A stretch of DNA of 47,899 nucleotides from a virus (IMGVR_UViG_3300048599_000741:1-47899); one strand, 5' to 3'; counted from the first letter of the stretch, positions 36,864 to 45,513 are shown. The notes: generated by a model from the sequence alone, not told the origin. Program-made: numbers and translations.

Positions 36864-37447
36864 GGCGCCACCTCGCCGAGCAGGTCGCCGCGATGGTCCG
36901 CAAGCGTGCTGCGCATGCCCATCACCGCGCCGATGCCGCCGTCGAAACGGAAGGCCAGGACGTGACCGGGATCGTGCTTGTCGAAGTCAGTGCCGGCCGC
37001 GGCGCTGGCGATCTCGACCCGCGGCAGCGACGCAATCAAGCCGAGATAATGCGTATCGAACGGAGCGCCGGCGATCGAGATCGAGGCGGGCGGGCGCGTA
37101 AAGCCCAGCCCCTCGCAACCGTCGCACTCGACATCGGCGCGGCCATCGCGGACCTTGCCGGCGCCGCCGCAGTCGAGGCAGGTCCGCGGTTCAAGCCGCG
37201 GCAGGCGCGGGCGCAAGGCGTCGGTGAACGGGACGAACCGTGCCTGATGATGCGCGACATCGAGCGGCCGATCGACCTGCATCGTCTGGCGCACTTTTTT
37301 GGGAAGCCGCGGAAAGCCGGCCCGCAACGGCACGCGCACCATGATATGCCCGTTCGTCGCATAAGTGTGCCGGTGCCATTGAAACGGCCGGTCGAGATAA
37401 GCGCGGATGCCGTGACCGCCGCAGAACTGTTCGATCTCGACACTCAT
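36860..37447 (-). CDS. Phage protein with DnaJ-like Zn finger (CxxCxGxG x2)
   Basis: YATNGH, CLDCGGAG...CDGCEGLG and FRFDGG.G..M.MR. Confidence 0.75.
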   Translation of the reverse strand: MSVEIEQFCGGHGIRAYLDRPFQWHRHTYATNGHIMVRVPLRAGFPRLPKKVRQTMQVDRPLDVAHHQARFVPFTDALRPRLPRLEPRTCLDCGGAGKVRDGRADVECDGCEGLGFTRPPASISIAGAPFDTHYLGLIASLPRVEIASAAAGTDFDKHDPGHVLAFRFDGGIGAVMGMRSTLADHRGDLLGEVAP

Positions 37448-37791
37448 TCCGCCTGATCCTCATCACCCGATGGCATGACCTCGGCCGTCACAGCGCCGTC
37501 GCGCGACGCCCGATCGGCCTCGGCCATCTTTTTGATTTCCGCCTTGATCGCGTCGCTGCGCTCGTATCGCTCGACCAGCCGGGCCAGCGCGACGAAGCGC
37601 GCCTCGGTCTGGCGCAGCGCCACGATGCGCCGGCGATAGAAATCAGCGCTATCCGGCGCCGGCGCCGGCGACGCCGAAAGGTCGCGTTCGTAAGCCTCGG
37701 CCAGCACAACAGCGTTGAGCCGTTCGGCATCGCAGAATGTCCACAGATCGCCATAGGTGGGGACATAAGCCCCGGAGGCTTTGCCGGTCAT
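37444..37791 (-). CDS. Hypothetical protein, 115 aa
   Basis: ATGA-coupled on both sides. Confidence 0.6.
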   Translation of the reverse strand: MTGKASGAYVPTYGDLWTFCDAERLNAVVLAEAYERDLSASPAPAPDSADFYRRRIVALRQTEARFVALARLVERYERSDAIKAEIKKMAEADRASRDGAVTAEVMPSGDEDQAE

Positions 37792-38168
37792 GCGCGCCAC
37801 CCCTCGACAGGACGGCCGGCGCGCTTCGGCCGCGACACCAGCCCGGCAGTCTGGCACCAATCCTCGACCGAGACGCGCATCGCGTCTTTCGCCTTGTCGA
37901 GTGTTTCCGCGAATTGCGGCGTGCGGCGCTGGTCGGGCAGATAGCAGAGCCAGGTGAAGCCCGGCCGACGGCCTTCGCTATGCGTGCAGATCACACCGAC
38001 ATCGGCGCGCGCCAGGCGCACATAATGGCAACCGTCGCTGCGCAGTTCGAATTGAATCAGGATGCGGCCGGCGGCATCGAGCCGCACGCCGTCGCCGGCG
38101 CGACCTTGCCTGATCCTGTCGCCGGCTTTGCTGGCGCCGCGCTTCGGCTGGCGCTCGATGATGGTCAT
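37788..38168 (-). CDS. Hypothetical protein, 126 aa
   Basis: GAGG RBS; overlapping operon structure. Confidence 0.6.
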   Translation of the reverse strand: MTIIERQPKRGASKAGDRIRQGRAGDGVRLDAAGRILIQFELRSDGCHYVRLARADVGVICTHSEGRRPGFTWLCYLPDQRRTPQFAETLDKAKDAMRVSVEDWCQTAGLVSRPKRAGRPVEGWRA

Positions 38169-38179
38169 CGGCGCGCCCC

Positions 38180-38341
38180 TCAGATCGTCACAAGGAAGGT
38201 GATCGCGGCAACGGCAAGCCAGTAGCCAGCCACCTGATCGCCGGCAGAGAAATATGACGACGATGCACTGAGACAGATAAGGAACATCGTGACACCAAAA
38301 GCGCCGCCGCGCTTGCGCTTGCGTTCGACGATGAAGGACAT
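38180..38341 (-). CDS. 53-aa two-TM membrane protein (MSFIVERKRKRGG...)
   Basis: Fills the gap in the operon; GAGG RBS; not in the ORF track. Confidence 0.55.
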   Translation of the reverse strand: MSFIVERKRKRGGAFGVTMFLICLSASSSYFSAGDQVAGYWLAVAAITFLVTI

Positions 38342-38353
38342 GGCGGGCGGCCC

Positions 38354-38497
38354 TCAGACGATTGCAAAAAAGGTGACGAACGCGCCGGACAGGAAATATC
38401 CGGCGCGACGCCAGTCGCCGGCGACGCCATAAGTGACGGCCGCGCCGACCGACAGAACGATGATCGCGATCGGAAAGATTTTATCGATGGCCTGCAT
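38354..38497 (-). CDS. 47-aa two-TM membrane protein (MQAIDKIFP...)
   Basis: TGATG coupling; hydrophobic. Confidence 0.6.
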   Translation of the reverse strand: MQAIDKIFPIAIIVLSVGAAVTYGVAGDWRRAGYFLSGAFVTFFAIV

Positions 38498-39168
38498 CAG
38501 ATCAGCCCCTCGACCGCCGCCGCGTTCAGAAACCGCAGCATCGCCACATCGCCGGGCCAGCACTCGATGCGCACGCCGAGCGGCCCGCCGGCGAGCATGC
38601 GAACAGGCGCCGGCGGCGGCGCCATGTTCTGCGCGAACTCATCGTTAAGGATCGCGTTATCCAGTTCCTTGACTTCGGGCGTGATCGGCCAATCGAAATC
38701 GAAACGGACCGCGCCCGCGGTCATGATGCGATCCTCGATCTCGGTATAGTTCGCGAGATCGCGCTTGATCGGCCGCGGCACGTCGACCAGATAGGACTCG
38801 CTCATGTCGTGCATCAGCGCCGTGCGGCGCTGCCGCGGCGTATATCCGCGGGCGCATGCGACTTGCCACATCAGCACCGAATGCTCGGCAACCGTCTCGA
38901 TGCCGATCGACTGCGACGAATAACGCGCATTGCGCAAACCGGCAGCGATGTCGAGAATGTGGAAATCGTCAGGCCGCGGATCGCAGGCAAAGAACTGCCG
39001 GCCTGTCCAGGTCTGAATCCAGTCGCCCTTGCGCCCGCTCGCCTCCTGAAAGGCACACTCCGCAAGTTCGTGCAATCTGTCGGCAGACGCGGGCAGCCAG
39101 TGAACCCAGCGCCCCCGATCAAACTCGCGCGGCAGATTGTCGACGCAATGTGGGCATCGCATCAGCAT
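38497..39168 (-). CDS. HD-domain phosphohydrolase (YfbR-like 5'-deoxynucleotidase family)
   Basis: WIQT.TGR.F, DIA..L, VAEHSV and ALMHD.SE.Y..D.P.P.K. Confidence 0.85.
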   Translation of the reverse strand: MLMRCPHCVDNLPREFDRGRWVHWLPASADRLHELAECAFQEASGRKGDWIQTWTGRQFFACDPRPDDFHILDIAAGLRNARYSSQSIGIETVAEHSVLMWQVACARGYTPRQRRTALMHDMSESYLVDVPRPIKRDLANYTEIEDRIMTAGAVRFDFDWPITPEVKELDNAILNDEFAQNMAPPPAPVRMLAGGPLGVRIECWPGDVAMLRFLNAAAVEGLI

Positions 39169-39389
39169 GATAACTCCTCGATGGCCGCCGGCGGCGGACA
39201 GAATTGCGAAAGAATGTCGAACGGCAGGCCGGCATACCGTCCCGGCAGCGGATACGCGGCGACAATGCGCCCGGCCCAATAGCCTCCGATATCGGTCATC
39301 GGCTCATGCCAGACCTGCGGCGACACACAGCCATTGGTCCGCACATAAACCAGCGCCGGCGTCGCGATGGATTGCGCAGCGATCGTCAT
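39162..39389 (-). CDS. Hypothetical protein, 75 aa
   Basis: ATGA coupling in the operon. Confidence 0.5.
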   Translation of the reverse strand: MTIAAQSIATPALVYVRTNGCVSPQVWHEPMTDIGGYWAGRIVAAYPLPGRYAGLPFDILSQFCPPPAAIEELSC

Positions 39390-39679
39390 GCCGGCACCGT
39401 CGCGCTGTCGACCGGCACATCCGGCGCCCGCATGGCCTTGACCAGTTCGACCAGATCGTTGCCGATCACGGTCGCCAGATCGATCGCGTCGGTGTCGGTC
39501 GTCGAGTTGACCGAGCAGATCGCGGCGAGCATGCGCACCAGGGCGTCGGTGCAGTTGACGACATCGGCGCCGGCGAGCATCGCGGTCAGCCGCTCGGTCA
39601 GGGCCGTGGCCGGATGCTTGTCGGGCGCGTCGCCGCGATCGATACGCACCACCGGCAGAATGACGACCTTGGCGCTCAT
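39386..39679 (-). CDS. Hypothetical protein, 97 aa (MSAKVVILPVVRI...)
   Basis: GGAGG RBS, ATGA coupling. Confidence 0.6.
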   Translation of the reverse strand: MSAKVVILPVVRIDRGDAPDKHPATALTERLTAMLAGADVVNCTDALVRMLAAICSVNSTTDTDAIDLATVIGNDLVELVKAMRAPDVPVDSATVPA

Positions 39680-40113
39680 GCGACCTCCCCGGCCATGATG
39701 GCTTTCGCCTTGGCCTTGCCATCGGCGTTGATGCGATAGACGGTGACGCCATAGGCGTTGCGGTCGCCGAGAACCGTCTCGATCTCGATCGCGTCGCCGC
39801 GCAGGCGGCGCCGCAGCCGCGACATCATCACCTTGAACACGTTGTCGGGATCGTTCGGCATGTCGGCGCCGTTGCGGCCGGCATAGATCGCCTGCATCAA
39901 CTGGTCTTTGCTCGCGCTGGCGCGGCGCAACAGGACGCCGAACAGCTTGCGCTCGCACGGCGACATTTGCCGCGGATAAAGCGCGGCATCGTTCATGCCG
40001 AGCGCGTCCTCAAGATCGGCGATCTTGGTCTGCAGCGCCGCGATCTCGGCGATCTGCGCCGCATTGCCGGACGCGACGGCGCGGATGGCGGCGGCGGTCA
40101 CGGACACCCTCAC
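39676..40113 (-). CDS. Winged-helix DNA-binding protein (OmpR/PhoB C-terminal-like)
   Basis: SP.E.KL..VL, SKDQL...IY, V.MSRLRRRL...IEIETV. Confidence 0.82.
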   Translation of the reverse strand: MRVSVTAAAIRAVASGNAAQIAEIAALQTKIADLEDALGMNDAALYPRQMSPCERKLFGVLLRRASASKDQLMQAIYAGRNGADMPNDPDNVFKVMMSRLRRRLRGDAIEIETVLGDRNAYGVTVYRINADGKAKAKAIMAGEVA

Positions 40114-40391
40114 GATTCACCCGCCACGCGCCGGGCGAAGGCGCGGCCGATCGCCTCGGCGATCAGCCATGCCGCCGTCGCCAGCAGGATCGCGCCGCTG
40201 GCCCATGAGAACAGCGAGGCCAGCGCCAGAGCGATGGCGATATCGGCGGCCAGTTGCGCGCCTTTGTGACCGAGCGAGGCGACATAGAGGATGCCGCCGG
40301 ACAGCGCGCAGAACACCATCACGGCGCCGGCGGCGACGACGATCGACAAGGCGCCGACGCGGATCGCGATCATGAACAGGCGCGGCGTCAT
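40110..40391 (-). CDS. Small membrane protein
   Basis: Two long hydrophobic segments; GAGG RBS. Confidence 0.6.
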   Translation of the reverse strand: MTPRLFMIAIRVGALSIVVAAGAVMVFCALSGGILYVASLGHKGAQLAADIAIALALASLFSWASGAILLATAAWLIAEAIGRAFARRVAGES

Positions 40392-40690
40392 GACTGCGCC
40401 CTCATCCTGTCGACCGTGGCGCAAACCTCGGCGAACAGCGCGGGATGCGTTTCGGAATAGTCGCCGGCGAGAACGGCGACGGCGCGCAAAGCCGCGGCAG
40501 CGCGCCAGAAGCGCTCGCGCCCGGCGAGATTGAGGTTCATTTCGGTTTCGGCGAAATCCTCCAATTCCCGTGCGTGCGCGATCAGCACATCGGGCGAAAC
40601 ATTCAGCGACAGCAAAGCCATCGGCGGTTTCGGTAGCGCAGCGACCGGCGGCGATGCCGGCTGCGTCGAAACCCTACTCCGAACGCTCAT
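40388..40690 (-). CDS. Hypothetical protein, 100 aa
   Basis: GGAGG RBS, coupled. Confidence 0.6.
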   Translation of the reverse strand: MSVRSRVSTQPASPPVAALPKPPMALLSLNVSPDVLIAHARELEDFAETEMNLNLAGRERFWRAAAALRAVAVLAGDYSETHPALFAEVCATVDRMRAQS

Positions 40691-41112
40691 ACGCTCGACC
40701 CTCCCTGTTCGGATGCCGTCTTGCCGTGTGCGAAATAGGGAACCGGCGGCGCCAAGTGCGCGAGGTGGCCGGGAAAACTGGAAATGCCGAAGCGCTGCCA
40801 GCCGGGAAACGCCAGCAGATCGCCGCGGGCAAAGGTCGCCGGCAGCCAGCCGGGAAAGCCGCGAATGCCATCGGCGGCCGTCAGACCGCCGCGGAAAATG
40901 CCGCGCACCAGATGGCCGCCGCGGCTCGGCGAAACCGAATGAACGTCGATGGCGCAGCGGATGCAGCCATAGGCGACGACATAGAGAAAATCACCAGCGG
41001 CCAGCGGCGGCCGGTCGCCATAGATCAGGTGCGCGGTTTCGGCACCCTCGCGCTGCGCCGCGACGAAACTTGACCAGCGATCCTTGGGGACGGTGACGAT
41101 GATATCGGTCAT
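40687..41112 (-). CDS. Hypothetical protein, possible ASCH/PUA-like fold
   Basis: [12 protein letters not shown]....GD.LYVV..G.IR and IRGF.GW. Confidence 0.6.
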   Translation of the reverse strand: MTDIIVTVPKDRWSSFVAAQREGAETAHLIYGDRPPLAAGDFLYVVAYGCIRCAIDVHSVSPSRGGHLVRGIFRGGLTAADGIRGFPGWLPATFARGDLLAFPGWQRFGISSFPGHLAHLAPPVPYFAHGKTASEQGGSSV

Positions 41113-41414
41113 CGCAGCATGCCGAGCGCGTGCATGTAGGTGTCGAGAATTTCCTCTTGCTCGCGTCGCTCGTTCGCATCCTGCTTGCGCAGGCGGACGA
41201 TGGTGCGCAGCGCCTTGGCGTCGAAGCCGTTGCTTTTCGCCTCGGCATAGACATCCTTGATGTCGTCGGCGGTGGCCTTTTTTTCTTCTTCGAGTCGCTC
41301 GATGCGCTCGATGATCGCTTTCAGTTGATCCTTGGCGAAGCGGATCGACCCTTCCGGCGCATCGGGCGCCGTGGCACGGTCGAGGACTTCGGCGGTTGCA
41401 GCCTGCATGGTCAC
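41109..41414 (-). CDS. gapR: GapR-like nucleoid-associated protein (DUF2312/UPF0335)
   Basis: [20 protein letters not shown]...[24 protein letters not shown]...E..LDTYM.ALGM. Confidence 0.92.
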   Translation of the reverse strand: MTMQAATAEVLDRATAPDAPEGSIRFAKDQLKAIIERIERLEEEKKATADDIKDVYAEAKSNGFDAKALRTIVRLRKQDANERREQEEILDTYMHALGMLR

Positions 41415-41420
41415 GACCTC

Positions 41421-41882
41421 TCAGAACGGGATTTCGTCGGCGATATCTGGCTTGCCCGCGCCGGCGTCGCCGCCGCGCGTCGTCTCGCGGCCATAGTCGG
41501 CTTCGCTGTCGGGCAGACCGGGGCCGCCCTGGCGCCGGTCGAGCATGGTCAGTTGCGCGTGATAGGAATTGAGGACGACCTCGGTCGTGTAGCGATCGGC
41601 GCCCGCCTGATCGGTCCACTTGCGCGTTTGCAGCTGCGCCTCGATGTAAACCTTGGCGCCCTTTTTCAGATATTGTTCGGCGACCTTGACCAGCGCCTCA
41701 TTGAAGATGACGACGCGATGCCACTCGGTTTTTTCCTTGCGCTCGCCGGTCGCCTTGTCGCGCCAGCTTTCCGATGTCGCGATCGACAGAAGCCCGATCT
41801 TGCGCCCGTCGGCATTGGCCTTGATCTCGGGGTCCTTGCCGAGATTGCCGATCAGAATGACCTTGTTGACGCTGCCGCTCAT
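41421..41882 (-). CDS. ssb: Single-stranded DNA-binding protein
   Basis: [38 protein letters not shown] and C-terminal DEIPF. Confidence 0.97.
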   Translation of the reverse strand: MSGSVNKVILIGNLGKDPEIKANADGRKIGLLSIATSESWRDKATGERKEKTEWHRVVIFNEALVKVAEQYLKKGAKVYIEAQLQTRKWTDQAGADRYTTEVVLNSYHAQLTMLDRRQGGPGLPDSEADYGRETTRGGDAGAGKPDIADEIPF

Positions 41883-42397
41883 AGTGCGCTCACTCCGAAA
41901 GCGGCCTTGAACCGGGCCGGGTTCTTGTCGATCATCGTCATCACGCGGTCGCGATAACGCCGCTGCGCTCGGCAATGCTTCGCGCTCGGTTCGGTCAGAC
42001 GATCGTCGAAGATGTGATCGTCGCAGTGCCGGCGCAGATCGGCGCCGTGTGCGCGCTCAAGCGCGGCGAGCAAGGGATCGCCATCGGCAACGGCGCAACC
42101 GACAAGACCGGCAGACACCGCCTCGCTATGTGCAATCTCGCGATCGAGCACGAGATCGGCCGCGGCATCGATCGACGAACCGAGATCGACGACGGGATCG
42201 CACTCGGCGACGGCCGATGCCGTGCAATGACGAAAGTGCGGGCGCGCGCCGGATGGCAGGCGGCCGGCATCCTGTTCGGCTTTCCAGAACCGTTGAACCG
42301 TGCGCGCGCTGCCCTGATGGAATTTCTTGGCAACGGCCGCCGCCGTCTTCGGCCCGCGCCAGGCATCGCGCAGATTTTGTTGCGTGCGCGGCGTCAT
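41879..42397 (-). CDS. Hypothetical protein with N-terminal HTH-like segment
   Basis: [10 protein letters not shown]...SARTVQRFW; ATGA-coupled. Confidence 0.55.
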   Translation of the reverse strand: MTPRTQQNLRDAWRGPKTAAAVAKKFHQGSARTVQRFWKAEQDAGRLPSGARPHFRHCTASAVAECDPVVDLGSSIDAAADLVLDREIAHSEAVSAGLVGCAVADGDPLLAALERAHGADLRRHCDDHIFDDRLTEPSAKHCRAQRRYRDRVMTMIDKNPARFKAAFGVSAL

Positions 42398-42804
42398 GCG
42401 TCGACATCCGTCACGAACGAACGGCTCTCGACCGCGCGCGTCGCGTAGCTGTCGAACGGGTCGCACAGCTTGGATTCGTCCTGCACCGGTCCCCTGACGA
42501 CGGGCGACGCCATCGGCCGCTGCGCATCCGCCGGGGTGGCAAGGATGGCAGCGGCCGGACCGGCGACGCGGGCAGCGTGCGGCGATGGCGGATAAAGACC
42601 GGCAAGGGCTTGATCGAGCGTCGCCTGCTCGGCCTCGGTCAACGGCGCATTGAGATCGGGCAGCCCGTTCGCGCGACGGTCTGCGCACATCGGACAAGGG
42701 CAGGCATCGCCCTGTGCATCCGCGGGCACGCCGCGATTGTGCTGCGCGATGGCGTCGGGACCACGATTGAGACCGATATAACGGCCGCGGCTGTCGGCAG
42801 ACAT
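42394..42804 (-). CDS. Hypothetical protein (CPCPMC motif), first gene of the leftward operon
   Basis: GGGGG RBS-like sequence before ATG 42804; coupled to the next gene. Confidence 0.55.
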   Translation of the reverse strand: MSADSRGRYIGLNRGPDAIAQHNRGVPADAQGDACPCPMCADRRANGLPDLNAPLTEAEQATLDQALAGLYPPSPHAARVAGPAAAILATPADAQRPMASPVVRGPVQDESKLCDPFDSYATRAVESRSFVTDVDA

Positions 42805-42848
42805 GAAACCCCCGTTCGCGGAAACGGTGTTTCCGCGCCCTGCCCGTT

Positions 42849-42863
42849 GAACTGTTGAGGAAC
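42849..42863. promoter_or_regulatory. Alphaproteobacterial LexA (SOS) box GAAC-N7-GAAC
   Basis: GAACTGTTGAGGAAC, 45 bp upstream of the leftward operon. Confidence 0.55.
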
Positions 42864-43045
42864 GCAAGCCCGACTTAGGGAACTCTCCCCGCTGTTCTGC
42901 CCGGTAAAGCCGTCCGGCGAATCAACGGGAACCTAGTTGCCCGTAAGTTGCCAAAATGGCATCATTCGTCAAGACGATGTTGCCGGCTGAAAGTGCGTTA
43001 ATGGAAATAGCAATTTCGCATCAAAGGTTTATTCCTGTGGCCACC

Positions 43046-43735
43046 ATGACAAGGCGGCCGCACAAAGTTTCCTTTGAGGCATCGCACGGTGACGACGGCG
43101 CGGCCGACTCGCCGCGCGCGCTGCAGCAATTCGTGCAAAATAAATTGAAAATTTTACCGCGTGGCACCGCCAAAGAACTGGCGAAGGCGCTACACTTACA
43201 ACCTACGGATATCTCGAAGATCGTCAGCGGTCGTCGCAAGGTCCAAGGCCATGAAGTGATGCCCATTCGCGAATTTTTCCAGCGCCTTGAGGGGGCTTAC
43301 GGGGCATCGTCGGCACGGCAGAATCAGAACGGCCTTGTTCCTGTCATCGGCTATGTGGGCGCGGGCGATCGCCAGCGCATTTATGATGTCGATGCGGGGT
43401 TTATCGAGGAAGTCGAGGCGCCGGGCCAGATGGCAGACGACACCATTGCCCTTGAGATTCGCGGCAACAGTCTCGGCCCAGCCTTCAATGGCGGCTATGT
43501 GTTCTACAGCGAGCAACCGCACGGCGACATCGCGCAGGTTGTCGGTGATCTTTGCGTCGTGCGCACGTCTGACGGCGCCACCTATGTCAAGACGGTTGAG
43601 CCTGGCGCTACCCCCGAAACCTTTACCCTGATTTCAATTCAGGGCGAGCCGATCGAGAATGTCGCCCTCGAATGGGCAGTTCCGGTGCTGGCCGTAACAC
43701 CGCGGCGCCGGCGTTTTTCCGTGCGTGCATCCTGA
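43046..43735 (+). CDS. CI-like repressor (HTH + S24 autopeptidase); start uncertain (42956/43001/43046)
   Basis: AKELAKAL.LQPTDISKIVSGRRK HTH; VGAG cleavage-site region; IRGNS (Ser) and YVK (Lys). Confidence 0.9.
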   Translation: MTRRPHKVSFEASHGDDGAADSPRALQQFVQNKLKILPRGTAKELAKALHLQPTDISKIVSGRRKVQGHEVMPIREFFQRLEGAYGASSARQNQNGLVPVIGYVGAGDRQRIYDVDAGFIEEVEAPGQMADDTIALEIRGNSLGPAFNGGYVFYSEQPHGDIAQVVGDLCVVRTSDGATYVKTVEPGATPETFTLISIQGEPIENVALEWAVPVLAVTPRRRRFSVRAS

Positions 43736-43775
43736 CGATTGGATTCGCAGGGCGTCCAGCCGCGCCGATGCCCTC

Positions 43776-43826
43776 TTGACAAATACTTGCCAAAATAGAA
43801 ACTTCGATTGTTGCCACTTCGGGAAC
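43776..43826 (+). promoter_or_regulatory. Putative sigma70 promoter overlapped by operator-like TTGCC-N5-GGCAA sites
   Basis: TTGACA at 43776; TTGCCAAAATAGAAA (43787) and TTGCCACTTCGGGAA (43811) resemble TTGCCAAAATGGCAT (42948). Confidence 0.5.
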
Positions 43827-43849
43827 AGTCGATGTCTAGATCAGCAACT

Positions 43850-44221
43850 TTATTGCCACCAGGGCCGTGCCTCCAAAAGCACCCGATCCTTGGCCGCGCC
43901 ATCCCATCGCAGGCTGTAATCGACGGCGCGCCGGCCGATGTTGCTCATCAGGTCGGCCCGGCAAGCAACGTCATTGCGGGTATCGGCAACCAGCACAGCC
44001 CCGGAAACCTCGGACGCCTTGAGACCGAGGGTCCGCGCCGCCGGCGAGTCATTGATCGTCTTGAGCAGCAAGGCCGTCGTGAACGGCGCGTCGCAGCGCG
44101 GCATGACGCCGGGCGCGAAGCCGTAACCGAGTCGGACCGCAATCGCCGGCCAGACCCAAAAATAGACGGCGGCAACCGTGACTGCCGCGATGATAGTCCA
44201 CTGTCCGAAGGCGCGTTTCAT
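43850..44221 (-). CDS. Membrane-anchored/exported moron protein, 123 aa
   Basis: N-terminal TM, paired Cys (PRCD...ACRA); opposite orientation to its neighbours. Confidence 0.7.
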   Translation of the reverse strand: MKRAFGQWTIIAAVTVAAVYFWVWPAIAVRLGYGFAPGVMPRCDAPFTTALLLKTINDSPAARTLGLKASEVSGAVLVADTRNDVACRADLMSNIGRRAVDYSLRWDGAAKDRVLLEARPWWQ

Positions 44222-44245
44222 CTTCTGTCATCCTTGGGATTGATC

Positions 44246-44329
44246 TCAGCCTTCCGGTCGCCGATCCCCTCCAAACTCACCGGCGGCCCAACTGGCGAGC
44301 GCCAGGGCGGCAACAATAACAACACGCAT
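44246..44329 (-). CDS. 27-aa signal-peptide-like micro-ORF (MRVVIVAALALASWAAG...), possibly a gene remnant
   Basis: GAGGAG RBS upstream. Confidence 0.35.
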   Translation of the reverse strand: MRVVIVAALALASWAAGEFGGDRRPEG

Positions 44330-44368
44330 GGCGCTCGCTCCTCTCTTGACGACGGCGCAGCCGTTGAT

Positions 44369-44653
44369 TCTGCCACGAAACCGGCCGCGATCAAAATTCC
44401 GGGCTCGGCGGTTCACGCCGCCAATCCGGCAACAGCGCCGCTGGTCGAGGCGGCGCTTCCGGCGGCCAATGCCGAGCCGATGACCGCGCGCGAGATCGCG
44501 ACCGCGATCGGCGGCGGCGCGATCAGCACCGTGCGTACCGTCTTGCGCGGCATCGTCGCCGAAGGCCGCGCCATCGCTTCGACGCATGCAATCAAGCACG
44601 GCAACAGCGTCAACCGCTATCGCCGTGCGGCAGCCCATGAGGCACGACCATGA
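44369..44653 (+). CDS. Winged-helix DNA-binding domain; start codon unresolved (43832 or 44480)
   Basis: PLVEAAL...PMTAREIA.AIG...STVR.VLR.IV.EG...N.YRR; stop overlaps the next ATG. Confidence 0.6.
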   Translation, partial: SATKPAAIKIPGSAVHAANPATAPLVEAALPAANAEPMTAREIATAIGGGAISTVRTVLRGIVAEGRAIASTHAIKHGNSVNRYRRAAAHEARP

Positions 44654-44907
44654 TGGCGGAAACGCATAACTTTGCCGAATACACGCCCGTCACGGTGACG
44701 CATCACACCATCGAGGCGATCTTTCATAGCGACGACAGAGGCGAAACAACGATCGCCGGTTTCGCTGTCGTGAAGGTCACGCGCGGACTGCACAGTAACG
44801 GCGATGTTGCATTCGTCGATCGCAAGATTGTTGCAGGGTCCGTGATTGATCCGCTGACCGCCGCCGAAGCGCGCCGCGCACTGGCCGGGATAGGAGCAAA
44901 CACATGA
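44650..44907 (+). CDS. Hypothetical protein, 85 aa
   Basis: GAGG RBS, ATGA coupling. Confidence 0.6.
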   Translation: MMAETHNFAEYTPVTVTHHTIEAIFHSDDRGETTIAGFAVVKVTRGLHSNGDVAFVDRKIVAGSVIDPLTAAEARRALAGIGANT

Positions 44908-45230
44908 CCGCTCGCGACCGCGTGACCGTCATGCGCGACCTCGATGCCGCGCGCCGCCGGCTGGCATCGAACCGCAAGACCGCCGAACTCACCGACAAGC
45001 CGGCGACCGCAGTCCTGTGCGACAAACTCGCCGCAAGCCTGCGCCGGCAGATCGCCGATCTTGAGACCGAACTTTTGACGGCGCCGGAACCGCCAACGCG
45101 CGCGCAGCGCCAAGGCTTCACCATCCCGGAAGGTTGCACGCTCGATCGCGGCTTTGCCTACGCGCCGAGCATCACCGCGGCGCAGTGCGCCGAACTGGAA
45201 ATCCCCGCCTTCCTGCGGAGGGCGTCATGA
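44904..45230 (+). CDS. 108-aa protein ending in an FtsZ-like C-terminal peptide (LEIPAFLRR)
   Basis: AGGAG RBS; ATGA coupling; C-terminus AELEIPAFLRRAS*. Confidence 0.75.
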   Translation: MTARDRVTVMRDLDAARRRLASNRKTAELTDKPATAVLCDKLAASLRRQIADLETELLTAPEPPTRAQRQGFTIPEGCTLDRGFAYAPSITAAQCAELEIPAFLRRAS

Positions 45231-45343
45231 CACCTTACGAAAAGCTTTTTCTGGTCGCGTTCCTCGCCTTCGCCGCTTTCGTCATCGCGGCGATCGTGAT
45301 CGAGGCGAACAACCCGATGCCAAAGGACGGCGATCGCCAATGA
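45227..45343 (+). CDS. 38-aa single-TM membrane peptide
   Basis: GGAGG RBS; LFLVAFLAFAAFVIAAIVI. Confidence 0.65.
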   Translation: MTPYEKLFLVAFLAFAAFVIAAIVIEANNPMPKDGDRQ

Positions 45344-45513
45344 TCCGCAGCGCCGCACGCTCCACATCAATGGAAGCCGCCGGCGAGCGTCCCGTCGATC
45401 CCGCTGTGCTGGCGTTGGCGCGCGCGATGGCGCGCCTTGCCGCGCGCGAAGATCATGCCGCCGAACAGGCGGCCATCAATCGCAACCGTCACAGCACAGG
45501 AGGCAAACCGTGA
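45340..45513 (+). CDS. 57-aa helical protein (DPAVLALARAMARLAAREDH)
   Basis: Coupled on both sides. Confidence 0.6.
   Translation: MIRSAARSTSMEAAGERPVDPAVLALARAMARLAAREDHAAEQAAINRNRHSTGGKP

Noticed and set aside
8296-36965. Long plus-strand ORFs (e.g. 8296..9714, 16623..18233, 25569..26825, 31321..32874, 35523..36965)
   Set aside because: Antisense shadows of well-supported minus-strand genes in GC-rich DNA; Arg-rich and without motifs
719-39168. Z-genome (2-aminoadenine) pathway suggested by the dATP/dGTP diphosphohydrolase and the HD hydrolase
   Set aside because: No PurZ-like synthetase or phage DNA polymerase is visible, the two genes are unlinked, and adenine methyltransferases are present
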